From positions 2,528,001-2,592,000 of the forward strand of contig JAXHMG010000003.1 of assembly GCA_034521595.1 (NCBI GenBank): a stretch of 64,000 bases of DNA. The letters run 5' to 3'. Source of the stretch: Gemmatimonadota bacterium. Lineage in GTDB: Bacteria > Gemmatimonadota > Gemmatimonadetes > Longimicrobiales > Gaopeijiaceae. This document shows positions 1 to 9,472 of this stretch, in pieces (positions within the stretch are counted from its first letter, which is position 1; every line of letters begins with the position of its first letter). Under the pieces are notes generated by a model. That model saw only the letters and a list, made by a program, of their open reading frames with translations. It had not been told where the DNA came from and searched no databases. Both the position numbers and the translations under genes were made by a program.

Positions 1-446
1 TGCGCCAGCCGGAAGCTCAGCTCCTGCCGATTTCCCGCCGACTCGACCGAGACGGCCAGCGTGGTGTCCGGCAGCAACTCCCCTTCCGCGCGAAAACGCC
101 CCACTTCGCTATCGAGTGTGAAGCTGAACGACCGCATGGTCAGCGACCGGTCCAGCTCCACACGCGTCCTGGAGACGGCCGACCCGGTCTGGCCGAGCGC
201 CGGCATCTCCAGATTCATCACGTCTTCGAGCGCGAATCCGTCGGAGAGGGTGTCGAGCCGCGACGTGGCCTGACCCACCGTGCGGTCCCCCATCGTCAGC
301 GTGTAGAAGCTCACGCCCGGAGCCAGCCCGAGCGTGGCGTCGGCCAGGCGCACGAGCTCCGGTTGGAAGTATTCGCGCCGGATCTGCCAGCCCACCATCC
401 CCAGCCAAGCGACGACCAAAAGCAGCGCGAGGCTACGTCTCAGCAT
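1..446 (-). CDS. Membrane-anchored protein running off the window's left edge; resembles the N-terminus of transglutaminase-like domain proteins
   Basis: ATG at 446 opens MLRRSLALLLVVAWLGMVGWQIRREYFQPEL...; hydrophobic N-terminal anchor; frame open to the edge; no catalytic domain visible in the window. Confidence 0.55.
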   Translation of the reverse strand, partial: MLRRSLALLLVVAWLGMVGWQIRREYFQPELVRLADATLGLAPGVSFYTLTMGDRTVGQATSRLDTLSDGFALEDVMNLEMPALGQTGSAVSRTRVELDRSLTMRSFSFTLDSEVGRFRAEGELLPDTTLAVSVESAGNRQELSFRLA

Positions 447-595
447 GTGAAGTCCCCGTCTTCAGAGAGGGTCACGAACGAAGCCGCCCGGGCTGTCGGG
501 GGGATGGGGCGACCAACCCTGTACAAGTCTCGGGGCGCACCGTTCCTCACGGAAGCGTCGAACACCCGCCGGAGGGTCCGCACGTGGATCCGGGC

Positions 596-1087
596 TCAAC
601 CCAGCATGCGAGCCAGGAGGTCCCGCTCGAACTCGTTGATCGCCACGACGCGCAGCTCTCGCGGTGGCTCCCCGGTCTCGAGGTGCCCTTGGAGCACGTC
701 GAGAAAGGCCCGCGCGGACTCCTCGGGGTTCATGCTTCCGGCCCCGAGCCCCAACGCCGGGAGCGACAGAGACGTGACGCCCCAGTCCCGAGCCCGCGCC
801 AACCCGTTGCCGAGGGCACGCTCCACCGTCGCCCGACTTTGGGGCTCCTCCATCGACATGACGACGGCGTGGATCAAGAACGAGGCCACGAGCCCTCCGC
901 CGGGAGTCAACACCGCACCGCCGACGGGCACGCGCCCGGTAGCCTCCAGCCGGTCTTCGACCGCGGCTCCGGCACGCTGTCCGACGTCGCGCGCAGCAGC
1001 GGTCACCGGCGCGAGGTCGGACCGGATCGGTCGGAGCACGGCGTCGGTGTCCTGATCCGACAGCTCGCCCTGGACGATCTCGATCAT
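596..1087 (-). CDS. Macro domain protein (degenerate motif)
   Basis: IEIVQGEL..DTDAV, VGGAVLTPGGGL, IHAV and SLPALGLGAG are macrodomain-like; overlaps the upstream TPR gene by 4 bp. Confidence 0.8.
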   Translation of the reverse strand: MIEIVQGELSDQDTDAVLRPIRSDLAPVTAAARDVGQRAGAAVEDRLEATGRVPVGGAVLTPGGGLVASFLIHAVVMSMEEPQSRATVERALGNGLARARDWGVTSLSLPALGLGAGSMNPEESARAFLDVLQGHLETGEPPRELRVVAINEFERDLLARMLG

Positions 1088-1782
1088 CGATCCTGGAGCG
1101 CTCGCGCCCGCCGATACATGGCCGTCGCTTCAGCGGGCTCGAACCTGCGATCGTGCAGGTGTCCGAGCGTATAACACACCCTCGGATCGTCCGGAAGCAG
1201 CTCGGCAGCCCGCTGCATCACCGCGAACGCTTCCTCATACCGCCCGAGCCGATTCAGCGCCTCACCGCGATAGTAGTGCGCCGGTCCATGCTCCGGGTCC
1301 CGGTCGCAGACCCAGCGCAACTCCGGCTCGGCCTGCTGATACACGCCCTTCCGGAAGCGAACGATGCCGAGCTCCGCCCTCGGCTCGACGGCATCCGGCG
1401 CGAGCCTGAGCACTCTGCGCAGGACGGACTCCGCGTCACGATACTCCCCGAGCGCGCCGAGGCTGGCACCGAGGTTCGTCAGCACCTCGACGTTCTCCGG
1501 CTCCAGGCGCTGCGCGCTGCGAAACCGCTCGGTCGCTTCTCGGTGGCGACCGAGCTCGTCGTAAAGCACCCCCAGATTGTTCAGGGCCTTCAGGTTGTCC
1601 GGATCGTCTTTGAGGACCTCGACGTACAGCTCGACGGCTTCCTCGACGTTTCCCTCACCGACCAGGGCCTTGGCGCGCGCCAGGCGCTCGTCTCCTTCGT
1701 CCGCCGACGCCGCGGGTTCCCTTTGCTCGACCTCGGGAGCTTCCTCGGGGGCGCCTTCATCGCCCGTTCCCGTCCCCTTCAT
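1084..1782 (-). CDS. Tetratricopeptide repeat protein
   Basis: Repeated TPR helices (ALNNLGVLY, VLTNLGASL, AHYYRGEAL). Confidence 0.9.
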   Translation of the reverse strand: MKGTGTGDEGAPEEAPEVEQREPAASADEGDERLARAKALVGEGNVEEAVELYVEVLKDDPDNLKALNNLGVLYDELGRHREATERFRSAQRLEPENVEVLTNLGASLGALGEYRDAESVLRRVLRLAPDAVEPRAELGIVRFRKGVYQQAEPELRWVCDRDPEHGPAHYYRGEALNRLGRYEEAFAVMQRAAELLPDDPRVCYTLGHLHDRRFEPAEATAMYRRARALQDR

Positions 1783-2117
1783 GGTCCGGGCCTCACCTCC
1801 TCCCGCACCCAGGCCAGGTACCGCTCATCTCCCCCTCCCACCGGAAGCTCGATCACCTCGGGCGAATCATAGGGATGCAACTCGATCACGCGCCGCCGCA
1901 GGCGCTCGAAGCCGTCCGAGGTGCTTTTCACGACCATCAGCACCTCGGCTTCCTTCTCCACCGAACCTTCCCAGCGGAACAGCGAGGTCACGCCCGGCAC
2001 GAGGTTCACGCATGCCGCGAGGTGCTCGTCGACGAGCACGCGGCCCACCCTCTCGGCCACATCCGTGTCGGGAGCCGTGATGAGAACGACGGAAATGCCG
2101 CGTCCACCGTCAGTCAT
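1779..2117 (-). CDS. cutA: Divalent-cation tolerance protein CutA
   Basis: LAACVN, SLFRWEG, LHPYDSPEVI motifs; start trimmed to ATG 2117. Confidence 0.92.
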   Translation of the reverse strand: MTDGGRGISVVLITAPDTDVAERVGRVLVDEHLAACVNLVPGVTSLFRWEGSVEKEAEVLMVVKSTSDGFERLRRRVIELHPYDSPEVIELPVGGGDERYLAWVREEVRPGP

Positions 2118-3957
2118 CTGGATCGTACCCTCCATCGGCGGGTTCGTGTTCGTACAAGGCGTCGATGATCTCCTCGAAGTGCTCCTGCACCTTCCGTCTC
2201 TTGACCTTGAGCGACGGGGTGAGGAAGCCGTTCTCGACCGTCAACTCCTCGGACAGCAGAGCCAGCTTCTTCGGACGCTCGTAGCGGGCCACGTCGTCCA
2301 TGGACTCCAACGTCTCATGCTCCATGTGGGCCACGACTTCCGGGTGGCGCACCAATTCTTCTCGACCGGTCCATTTGAGCCCCTTCCCTTGCGCCCATCG
2401 CTCCAGGGCGGCGAAATCCGGCACGACGAGCAGGGAGGGGAACCGCCGCCGATCGCCGACGACCACGGCCTGTTCCACCAACGGATGCGTCTTGATCCGG
2501 TTCTCGATGGGTTGCGGCGCGATGTTCTTTCCACCGGCCGTCACGATGATATCCTTTTTCCGGTCCGTTATCGACAAATATCCGTCGTCGTCGATCTCGC
2601 CGATGTCCCCCGTCGCGAACCAACCCTCCTCGTCGATGACCGCCCGGGTCGCCTCCTCGTTCTTATAGTAGCCCTTCATGACCTGAGGACCGCGGACCAG
2701 GATCTCGCCGTCGTCGGCGATTCGCACCTCGGTCCCCGCAACAGGCTTGCCCACCGTCCCGATGCGGAAGTCCTCCTCGGTGTTCACATTGGTCACCGGA
2801 CTGGTCTCGGTGAGCCCGTAACCTTCGAGAATCGTGAGGCCGATGGAATAGAAGAAACGGTTCAGCTCCGGCGCGAGTGGTCCACCCCCGCTGACGAAGA
2901 TGCGGATACGACCTCCCACGGCATCCCTCACCTTGGAAAAGACCAGCCGGTCCGCGATGCGATACTGCAACGCCAGGAGGCCCTTCACGGGGCGCCCGGC
3001 CAGGCGGTCGTCAGCGGCACGATCAGCCACGCGCGCCCCCCAGCGCACGAGGAGCTTCTTCACTCCGGTCGCCGCCATCACGCGGTTGTGGACCTTCTCG
3101 TAGATGCGGGGAACCGAGACGACGACCGTCGGCTGAATGACCTTCATGTCGTCGGTCAGCGTATCGATGCTGCGCGGGTACGCGATCCGACAGCCCACCC
3201 ACATGAACAGGTAGTCGCACATGCGTTGCAGGATGTGCGACAGCGGGAGAAAGCTGACGGTGCTGTCGGCCTCGGTGACCTCGAACGCCATGCTGCTCGC
3301 GCGCACGTTGGACGCGATGTTGTTGTGCGAGAGCACGACCCCCTTCGGATCCCCGGTCGTTCCCGACGTATACAGGATCGTGGCCGTGTCGTCGGGAGTG
3401 ATGGAACTTGCCTTGCGGCGGAACTCCTCTTCCGTCGACCCGTCGGCGCGCTCGCGCCCCCGTTCGAGGAACTCCTCCCAGGGCACGACGCCGTCCGGAA
3501 GGTCGCCCGGGTCGAAGACCACCACCGTGATCTCCTGTGGACACTGCTCGGCGGCTTCGAGGACTTTCTCCGCCTGTTCGGGATCGGAGACGAAGGCCAT
3601 CCGCGCTCCCGAATCGCGCAACAGGTAGGCAGCCTGCCCCGCCGTCAACGTCGGGTAGATCGGGACCGGAATGATCGCCGTGCACAGGCATCCGTAATCC
3701 ACGAACGCCCACTCCGGCCGGTTCTCCGAAAGGATCGCGACCCGGTCGCTCCGGTCCACCCCGGACTCCTCCAGAGCGGCCGCGATGGTCCGGACCACGT
3801 CGAACGCCTCCCCGAAGGTGATGTCTTCGAGCACGCCCTCCGAGGGCATCCGCTGGAACGCGACCCGATCACGATGGCGGTCCAGAGACTCGAAGAAGAG
3901 CTCGGTGAGCGTCGACTCCGGCACGGGCGTCGGGTTCGAAGCGTAGTCGCGCGTCAT
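2110..3957 (-). CDS. Long-chain fatty acid--CoA ligase
   Basis: AMP-binding YTSGTTGDPKGV, YGLTE, TGDIG, DRKKD; start at ATG 3957 overlapping the upstream stop. Confidence 0.92.
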   Translation of the reverse strand: MTRDYASNPTPVPESTLTELFFESLDRHRDRVAFQRMPSEGVLEDITFGEAFDVVRTIAAALEESGVDRSDRVAILSENRPEWAFVDYGCLCTAIIPVPIYPTLTAGQAAYLLRDSGARMAFVSDPEQAEKVLEAAEQCPQEITVVVFDPGDLPDGVVPWEEFLERGRERADGSTEEEFRRKASSITPDDTATILYTSGTTGDPKGVVLSHNNIASNVRASSMAFEVTEADSTVSFLPLSHILQRMCDYLFMWVGCRIAYPRSIDTLTDDMKVIQPTVVVSVPRIYEKVHNRVMAATGVKKLLVRWGARVADRAADDRLAGRPVKGLLALQYRIADRLVFSKVRDAVGGRIRIFVSGGGPLAPELNRFFYSIGLTILEGYGLTETSPVTNVNTEEDFRIGTVGKPVAGTEVRIADDGEILVRGPQVMKGYYKNEEATRAVIDEEGWFATGDIGEIDDDGYLSITDRKKDIIVTAGGKNIAPQPIENRIKTHPLVEQAVVVGDRRRFPSLLVVPDFAALERWAQGKGLKWTGREELVRHPEVVAHMEHETLESMDDVARYERPKKLALLSEELTVENGFLTPSLKVKRRKVQEHFEEIIDALYEHEPADGGYDPDD

Positions 3958-4406
3958 CCGAGGGACGCCGCGTCGGGCCCGGAGAAGCCGGGAACGGTGA
4001 CGGTCACGTCCATCGACGGGTCCAACGAGTGGAGCACGCTGCAATACTTGTCTCGGGAGAGCTCCACCGCCCGCAGAACCTTTTCGGCGTCCTCGGGACC
4101 CGGGCCCTTCACGCGGCATACGAGCTCGAGACGCACGTACCGCCTGGGCGCCTCTTCGGCCCGCTCTCCAATCGCCTCGATCTCGAGACCATCCATCGGC
4201 ACACGCGACTTCTCGAGGATCATCTTGATGTCGATGCCCATGCAGCCGGCGACGGCCAACAAGAGCTGCTGCATGGGCGCGGGACCCTGGTCGGCGCCAC
4301 CGTCCACCACGACCTCGGGACCACCATCCGGACCACCCCGGAAGACGAGACCGTCACCGCTCCAACGAAGGCGGATTTGGCGGAGGTTCTCATTCGAAGA
4401 AGTCAT
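3954..4406 (-). CDS. OsmC family protein
   Basis: PMQQLLLAVAGC and KYCSV two-Cys signature; alternative start at 4436. Confidence 0.88.
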   Translation of the reverse strand: MTSSNENLRQIRLRWSGDGLVFRGGPDGGPEVVVDGGADQGPAPMQQLLLAVAGCMGIDIKMILEKSRVPMDGLEIEAIGERAEEAPRRYVRLELVCRVKGPGPEDAEKVLRAVELSRDKYCSVLHSLDPSMDVTVTVPGFSGPDAASLG

Positions 4407-4848
4407 CGGGTGCCGGTTGGTCGAGAGAGCGGTCATGCGCCTCCCCTCGCAGCTTGGCGAGCGTGCGGCGCGCGTGTTCTATGTGGTCGCTGGCCTCCCC
4501 CCCCTCCGGAGGCTGAGCGAGAAAGGCTTCGAGGTGGGGAATGCACTGCTCCGGGGACTCCGTGTGAAGGAGAATGAACGCCAGTCCGTAATGGGCTCCC
4601 GCGGAGGCCGGATTCTTCTGGAGCACGTGTCGGTAGGTCTTGGCGGCTTCCTCCAACATCCCGATCCGTGTGTAACACATCGCGATCTGCTGGAGCACGA
4701 CCGGATCACCCGGCGACTCCTTGAGCGCGAGGCGGAACGAGGTCAACGCCTCGTGGATCTTTTCCGCGGCGAGCAACTCCTCACCTTCGCGGTAGTAGTC
4801 GACACGATCGGGATCGTCGTCACCGAAGAGCTTCTTCCAAAACGCCAT
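4390..4848 (-). CDS. Tetratricopeptide repeat protein
   Basis: MAFWKKLFG start; TPR helices (YYREGEELL, VLQQIAMCY, AHYGLAFIL). Confidence 0.85.
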   Translation of the reverse strand: MAFWKKLFGDDDPDRVDYYREGEELLAAEKIHEALTSFRLALKESPGDPVVLQQIAMCYTRIGMLEEAAKTYRHVLQKNPASAGAHYGLAFILLHTESPEQCIPHLEAFLAQPPEGGEASDHIEHARRTLAKLRGEAHDRSLDQPAPDDFFE

Positions 4849-4951
4849 GCGTAGGGGGCCGGGAAGGGGACGGAAGGACACGCTCCGTACCGGTGCGAGA
4901 CCGTCCGGGGGCTGCGTGAAGGTAGACGAGCGCCAGGGGTCGACGCAACGC

Positions 4952-5587
4952 TCAACTCCGTGCCGCGACGACGGTTCCGGCTTCGGTCGCGAGGACCTCG
5001 AGCCCGTGCGATTCGAGCGCCTTTGCCGTCTCGGCCCCGGCGTGCACGACCACCACCCGTCCCTTCGGCACGACGACACGCGCAGCCTCCGCCAGCAGTT
5101 CGGAACCGAGGCGACCGTCGATCGCGATCCCACGCAGGGACAAGCTGTATACCGGCAAGCCCGGAGTGGCCATCAATCGGCTCACGCCGTTGCTTTCAGG
5201 CCACATCTTCTGATCCGGATCGATCGCCAGGACGTGCACGTCGTCCACCCGGTCCGCGAGCGCACGAGCGTGCCGGGAGGGCGCCCCCACGAGCGCGAGC
5301 GTTCCCGGACCCTGGGTCACGCCGAGCAAAGCGATGACCTTGTCCGCATCGGTGTCGGCTTCCCCCTCCCCTCCGGGCATCCCCGCAAGGCCCTCGGGCA
5401 TCTCACGGCGAGGCGGGGCGCGGAGATCCCCGAAGCCATCCCGTACGGGAAAGGCGTCACGACAGTTCGGACATCCGAGCGTACCGTGGAGCACCCTGCG
5501 ATCCTCGAGTCGATCGGCCAGAAGGATGAGGCCGAACTCCGGACCACAACGGGGACAACTCAGACGATCGGTCAGCAGAAGGTGCAT
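4952..5587 (-). CDS. Trm112-like zinc-ribbon domain fused to a degenerate methyltransferase-like domain
   Basis: LSCPRC...LGCPNCRDAFPVRDG; C-terminal EAARVVVPKGRVV resembles the end of class I methyltransferases. Confidence 0.65.
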   Translation of the reverse strand: MHLLLTDRLSCPRCGPEFGLILLADRLEDRRVLHGTLGCPNCRDAFPVRDGFGDLRAPPRREMPEGLAGMPGGEGEADTDADKVIALLGVTQGPGTLALVGAPSRHARALADRVDDVHVLAIDPDQKMWPESNGVSRLMATPGLPVYSLSLRGIAIDGRLGSELLAEAARVVVPKGRVVVVHAGAETAKALESHGLEVLATEAGTVVAARS

Positions 5588-5618
5588 GGAGCGCTCGGGC
5601 CGCGAGGCCGGTCGCGGG

Positions 5619-6344
5619 TCAGGCGTGCTCGATCTGGAGTAGCGGGATGCGGACGTCCCGTGGGCATCGGGCAACGAACAGGGCCGCATCGGCTACGTCT
5701 TCGGGACGTAGCATGGCCGAGCGGGGAGGAAGGCTCGGATCGGCGTCGGGATCGAGAGGATCCCAGATGGACGTATCGGTCGCCGAGGGCTCCAGGAGCG
5801 TGGCCCGAACCCCGGTCCCGCGCACCTCCTCCAGGAGCACCTCGTGAAAACCTCTGAGCCCGAACTTGGACGCGGAATACGCCCCATTCCCAGGAAGAGC
5901 CTTTCGTCCCGCCACCGAGCCCACGTTGACGATCAACCCCGAGCCACGCTCCAGCATGGAAGGCAGCAGGGTTCGCACCACCAGAACGGGAGCCCGGAGG
6001 TTAAGGGCCAACTCCAGGTCGAGCGCCGCCACGGTTTCCTCGGCGATCGGAGTGATTCCGAAGACGCCCGCCGCGTTCACGACGACATCGGGGGCCCCTT
6101 CGAGCTCGTCGCTCAGGCGGTCCATCGCGTCCCAGACGGCCACGTCGTCGGTCAGATCCACGACGAGCGCTCGTCCTCCCGTCTCGTCGGCCAACCTCCG
6201 CAACGCGTCCTCCGAGCGGCCGAGTCCGAACACGCGCGCGCCCGCCGCTGCGAACCGCTCCGCGATGCACCGTCCGATGCCCCGGCTCGCTCCGGTGACC
6301 AAGACGCTTCGGCCATCCAGGGCTCCGTGCTCCGTGGTGCTCAT
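5619..6344 (-). CDS. SDR family oxidoreductase (candidate sepiapterin reductase-like enzyme)
   Basis: [17 protein letters not shown]; overlaps folE by 4 bp. Confidence 0.9.
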   Translation of the reverse strand: MSTTEHGALDGRSVLVTGASRGIGRCIAERFAAAGARVFGLGRSEDALRRLADETGGRALVVDLTDDVAVWDAMDRLSDELEGAPDVVVNAAGVFGITPIAEETVAALDLELALNLRAPVLVVRTLLPSMLERGSGLIVNVGSVAGRKALPGNGAYSASKFGLRGFHEVLLEEVRGTGVRATLLEPSATDTSIWDPLDPDADPSLPPRSAMLRPEDVADAALFVARCPRDVRIPLLQIEHA

Positions 6345-6949
6345 CCCAACGGCTGATGCGAGCTGGTCGTGAGTCGCAGGAACTCGTCCCGCGTCCGTTG
6401 ATCGTCCAGGAACACTCCGCGCATGGCTGAGGTGATCGTCTTCGAATTCTGCTTCTCGACCCCCCGCATCATCATGCAGAGATGATAGGCTTCCACGACC
6501 ACCGCGACCCCTAGTGGCTGCACCGTGTCCCACATGGCCTGCGCGACCTGCTCCGTGAGCCGCTCCTGAACCTGGAACCGGCGGGCGAACACCTCGACGA
6601 GGCGGGCGACCTTCGAAAGGCCCACGATCTGTCCGTTCGGGATGTACGCCAGGTGCGCCTTGCCGAAGAACGGAAGCATGTGGTGCTCACACATCGAATA
6701 GAGCTCGATGTCCTTCACGAGCACCATGCTCTGGTGGGACTCGTCGAAGAGCGCATCCCCCATCACCTGCTCGGGTGTCTCCCGATACCCCTTCGTGAGG
6801 AAGGCCATCGATTCGGCCACCCGTTCCGGCGTGCGCTTCATCCCTTCCCGGGTAGGATCTTCCCCCAGGCGCCGGATCATCTCCGAGACGAGGTCCTCGA
6901 ACGAGGCCGTGCCGAGGTCCCCATCTCCACCCCTCTTCCGTTCACTCAT
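6341..6949 (-). CDS. folE: GTP cyclohydrolase I
   Basis: [32 protein letters not shown]. Confidence 0.97.
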   Translation of the reverse strand: MSERKRGGDGDLGTASFEDLVSEMIRRLGEDPTREGMKRTPERVAESMAFLTKGYRETPEQVMGDALFDESHQSMVLVKDIELYSMCEHHMLPFFGKAHLAYIPNGQIVGLSKVARLVEVFARRFQVQERLTEQVAQAMWDTVQPLGVAVVVEAYHLCMMMRGVEKQNSKTITSAMRGVFLDDQRTRDEFLRLTTSSHQPLG

Positions 6950-7379
6950 GCGCCGTGTCCTCCTGCGGGCCACGATACTCCACGGAGTTGTTCGGTGTCT
7001 CCCGGATCACGACGCTCCGCAGCCGCACCTCTTCCGGCAGCCGCTCGGCGATCCGCTCCCAGACCGCCACCGCGAGATTCTCGGTGGATGGAATGATCCC
7101 GGAGAGCCACGGCACTTCGACGTTCAGGTTCTTGTGATCGACGTCCACCACGACCCGACTCTGGATGATGTCCTTCAACCGCTTCAGGTCCATGACGAAC
7201 CCGGTCTCGGGATCGACCGACCCCTCCACGGAGACGATCAGCTCGTAGTTGTGACCGTGCCAATTCGGGTTCGCGCAATCCCCGAACACGCGGAGGTTCT
7301 CCTCTTCGGACCAGTCGTCGCGGTGCAAGCGGTGCGCCGCGGAGAAGTAGGCGCGACGGGTCACGGTTACGATCGACAT
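6942..7379 (-). CDS. 6-pyruvoyl-tetrahydropterin synthase, PTPS-II type (QueD/PTPS superfamily)
   Basis: FSAAHRL...[20 protein letters not shown] (C-x5-HGH), DHKNLN, STENLA, ET. Confidence 0.9.
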   Translation of the reverse strand: MSIVTVTRRAYFSAAHRLHRDDWSEEENLRVFGDCANPNWHGHNYELIVSVEGSVDPETGFVMDLKRLKDIIQSRVVVDVDHKNLNVEVPWLSGIIPSTENLAVAVWERIAERLPEEVRLRSVVIRETPNNSVEYRGPQEDTAHE

Positions 7380-7426
7380 GACGCTCCTGCACGGATTTCC
7401 GGAAAGGGAGCGGTCTCCCGAAACAC

Positions 7427-7480
7427 GTGGAGGCCGGACCCTCGTTCCCACCTTGCGGTGGGTGGGGAACCGGCCTCCAC
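7427..7480 (-). other. Stable hairpin immediately 3' of the putative 6S RNA
   Basis: GTGGAGGCCGG (7427-7437) pairs with CCGGCCTCCAC (7470-7480); inner stem CCCACC/GGTGGG with a GCAA loop on the minus strand. Confidence 0.6.
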
Positions 7481-7631
7481 TGCGCATCGGAGGGGTTTAT
7501 TGAAGCCCGGGATGGAATTGATGGTGACCTCCCCGAACCCTTTCGCTTTCCCTCAAAGGGCCTAGCGTCGAGCCCGAGAGTCAGTCCCGGCTTCTTTTGC
7601 GTTGGCTCAATAACGGATTCTCCGACACGCA
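7481..7631 (-). ncRNA. ssrS: Probable 6S RNA
   Basis: Rod fold on the minus strand: TGCGTGTCGGAG/CTCCGATGCGCA closing stem, TTATTGAGCC/GGCTTCAATAA, central bubble, apical stems with G-U pairs favouring this strand; TGAGCC...GGCTTCA resembles conserved 6S segments; TATATT just upstream. Confidence 0.6.
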
Positions 7632-7772
7632 CCTCTAATATACCCCACCCGTGGGTGATACGACAGGGTCGGGCCGTACCGACCGGAGCGGCCCTCCCCG
7701 TCGCGCGGCCGGGAGCAACCCTCGCGGCGCCTGTGGGACAACGGAAGACCTCACGGCTGCTGCCCGGCTCGC

Positions 7773-8639
7773 TCATTGGGCGCGGAATCCCCTCAACCGC
7801 CCCAGATTGGCAAGGTCGCTCGCCACGGGATCGTCCCCCTTCGGCGTCTCCAGGATCTTCGGCACGCCCCGAAGGCGCTCGTCCCTCATGATCCTTCGGA
7901 ACGGCTCCTCGCCCAGGGTCCCTTGCCCGATGGACTCGTGCCGGTCCTTGTGCGAAGCGAATGGATGCCGGGAGTCGTTCATGTGCACGAGTCCGAGCCG
8001 GTCGAGCCCCAGCACCCGATCGAACGCACTCCAAACGCCGTCGTAATCACCCACGAGATCGTACCCGGCGCTGTAGGCGTGGCACGTGTCGAAGCAGATG
8101 CCCAGACGCTCCTGCAGACGGCTCGGAACGTGGTCGAGAATCGTGCGCAGATTCTCGAAGGATCCACCCACGCTCGACCCGCTTCCCGCGGTGAGCTCCA
8201 GGAGCACCCGGGTCGGACCGTCCACCGCTTCCAGGCAGCGGGCGAGCTCCCCGGCGTTCCGTTCGAGGCCGGCCTCGGTGTCACCGTCCGTGGCGTTTCC
8301 GGGGTGCGTGACGAGGAAGTCCAACTCCAGCATCGTGCACCGCTCGAGCTCCGCCTCGAAAGACCGACGCGACCGGCCCCTGAGCGAGCCCTTCGGCGAC
8401 GAAAGGTTGATGAGATAGGAATCGTGTGCCCCGGCGACCTCGATCTCATGAGTGCTCCGCGCCTCCCGAAACGCAGCGGCTTCGTCCTCGGTGAGGGTCG
8501 GTTCTGCCCACCGGCTCGGCTGCTTGGTGAAGAGCTGGAGCACGACGGAATCGACGGCGCGGGCCCGCTCCGGAGCCTTGCTCACCCCGCCGGCCGCCGA
8601 AACGTGGGCACCGAGCTCGTCGTGTGAATGGGTCGTCAT
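7773..8639 (-). CDS. nfo: Endonuclease IV
   Basis: GAHVSAAGG, HDSYLINL, HPG, DTCH, HMNDS, DRHE, ETP. Confidence 0.95.
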   Translation of the reverse strand: MTTHSHDELGAHVSAAGGVSKAPERARAVDSVVLQLFTKQPSRWAEPTLTEDEAAAFREARSTHEIEVAGAHDSYLINLSSPKGSLRGRSRRSFEAELERCTMLELDFLVTHPGNATDGDTEAGLERNAGELARCLEAVDGPTRVLLELTAGSGSSVGGSFENLRTILDHVPSRLQERLGICFDTCHAYSAGYDLVGDYDGVWSAFDRVLGLDRLGLVHMNDSRHPFASHKDRHESIGQGTLGEEPFRRIMRDERLRGVPKILETPKGDDPVASDLANLGRLRGFRAQ

Positions 8640-8852
8640 GAGCAGCAAGCCGGAAAGAAGTGATGGAATGGGAAGACTTTGACGGGCGTGGCGCATCGAA
8701 CGGCGTCATCCAGCCCGGGGGCGAAAAAGCTAAGGCGTTAATCGACAGCATCTTACGAAAACACGGGCGGAAGCCCGCGAACGGCACGCGACTTGAACCA
8801 ACCGATCGGGTGTGCCGAAAGGACGATTCCCCCGCGCGGAGCTCCCCCCGAG

Positions 8853-9293
8853 ATGCGCATCGCCACGGACGGATACATCGACTTGACCGACGCCCGCCAT
8901 GTTCGGACCCCCGGAGAACACGGAGACCAAGCCGAGCCGGTTCCCGAAGAGGAAGCGCTCGCGTTCCTCCTCTCCCACACCTTCCCCGGACATCGTCGGG
9001 TCATCCGACCGCTCTCCATCGAAGAGCGCAGGCGGATCCAGCGGGCGCTGTGGGCGGACTCGGTATCGGAGCGCATGGCCCTGGTGGACCGTGTCTGGCG
9101 CGCGATCACCGAAGAGGTGGGACCTCCCGCCGACATGGCGACGCCGGAGCTGATCCAGGTCATCCGTTGCCGTCAGCGTACCTATCCCCTGTACCTGGAC
9201 GGCCGTCACACCCGGGTCATCCCGGACCGGCCCCTTCCGGAAGCCGGACTCACCCGTCAGATGGTGATGGATTTCGACCTGAAAACCGCATGA
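8853..9293 (+). CDS. Hypothetical protein
   Basis: Only natural-looking ORF between nfo and fumC (MRIATDGYIDL...). Confidence 0.7.
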   Translation: MRIATDGYIDLTDARHVRTPGEHGDQAEPVPEEEALAFLLSHTFPGHRRVIRPLSIEERRRIQRALWADSVSERMALVDRVWRAITEEVGPPADMATPELIQVIRCRQRTYPLYLDGRHTRVIPDRPLPEAGLTRQMVMDFDLKTA

Positions 9294-9472
9294 GCGAAAG
9301 ATCGTGCCGGTCCGGAGCGCTTCGAGCGGCCGGTCGGCACCTGGCGCCCACGCTCGTGAGAGCTGGGTAGACGCCCTGGGGGGGGCGTGCCGGGAGCGGC
9401 GGTGGGTGTACGCACCTGCCGTCGCTCGATCCATTACGGGACCGAGTGCGACTCGCGCGGACCCGCTCACAC

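Noticed and set aside
1921-4854. 977-aa ORF on the + strand
   Set aside because: Antisense shadow of cutA, the acyl-CoA ligase, OsmC and TPR genes; no motifs; expected in high-GC DNA
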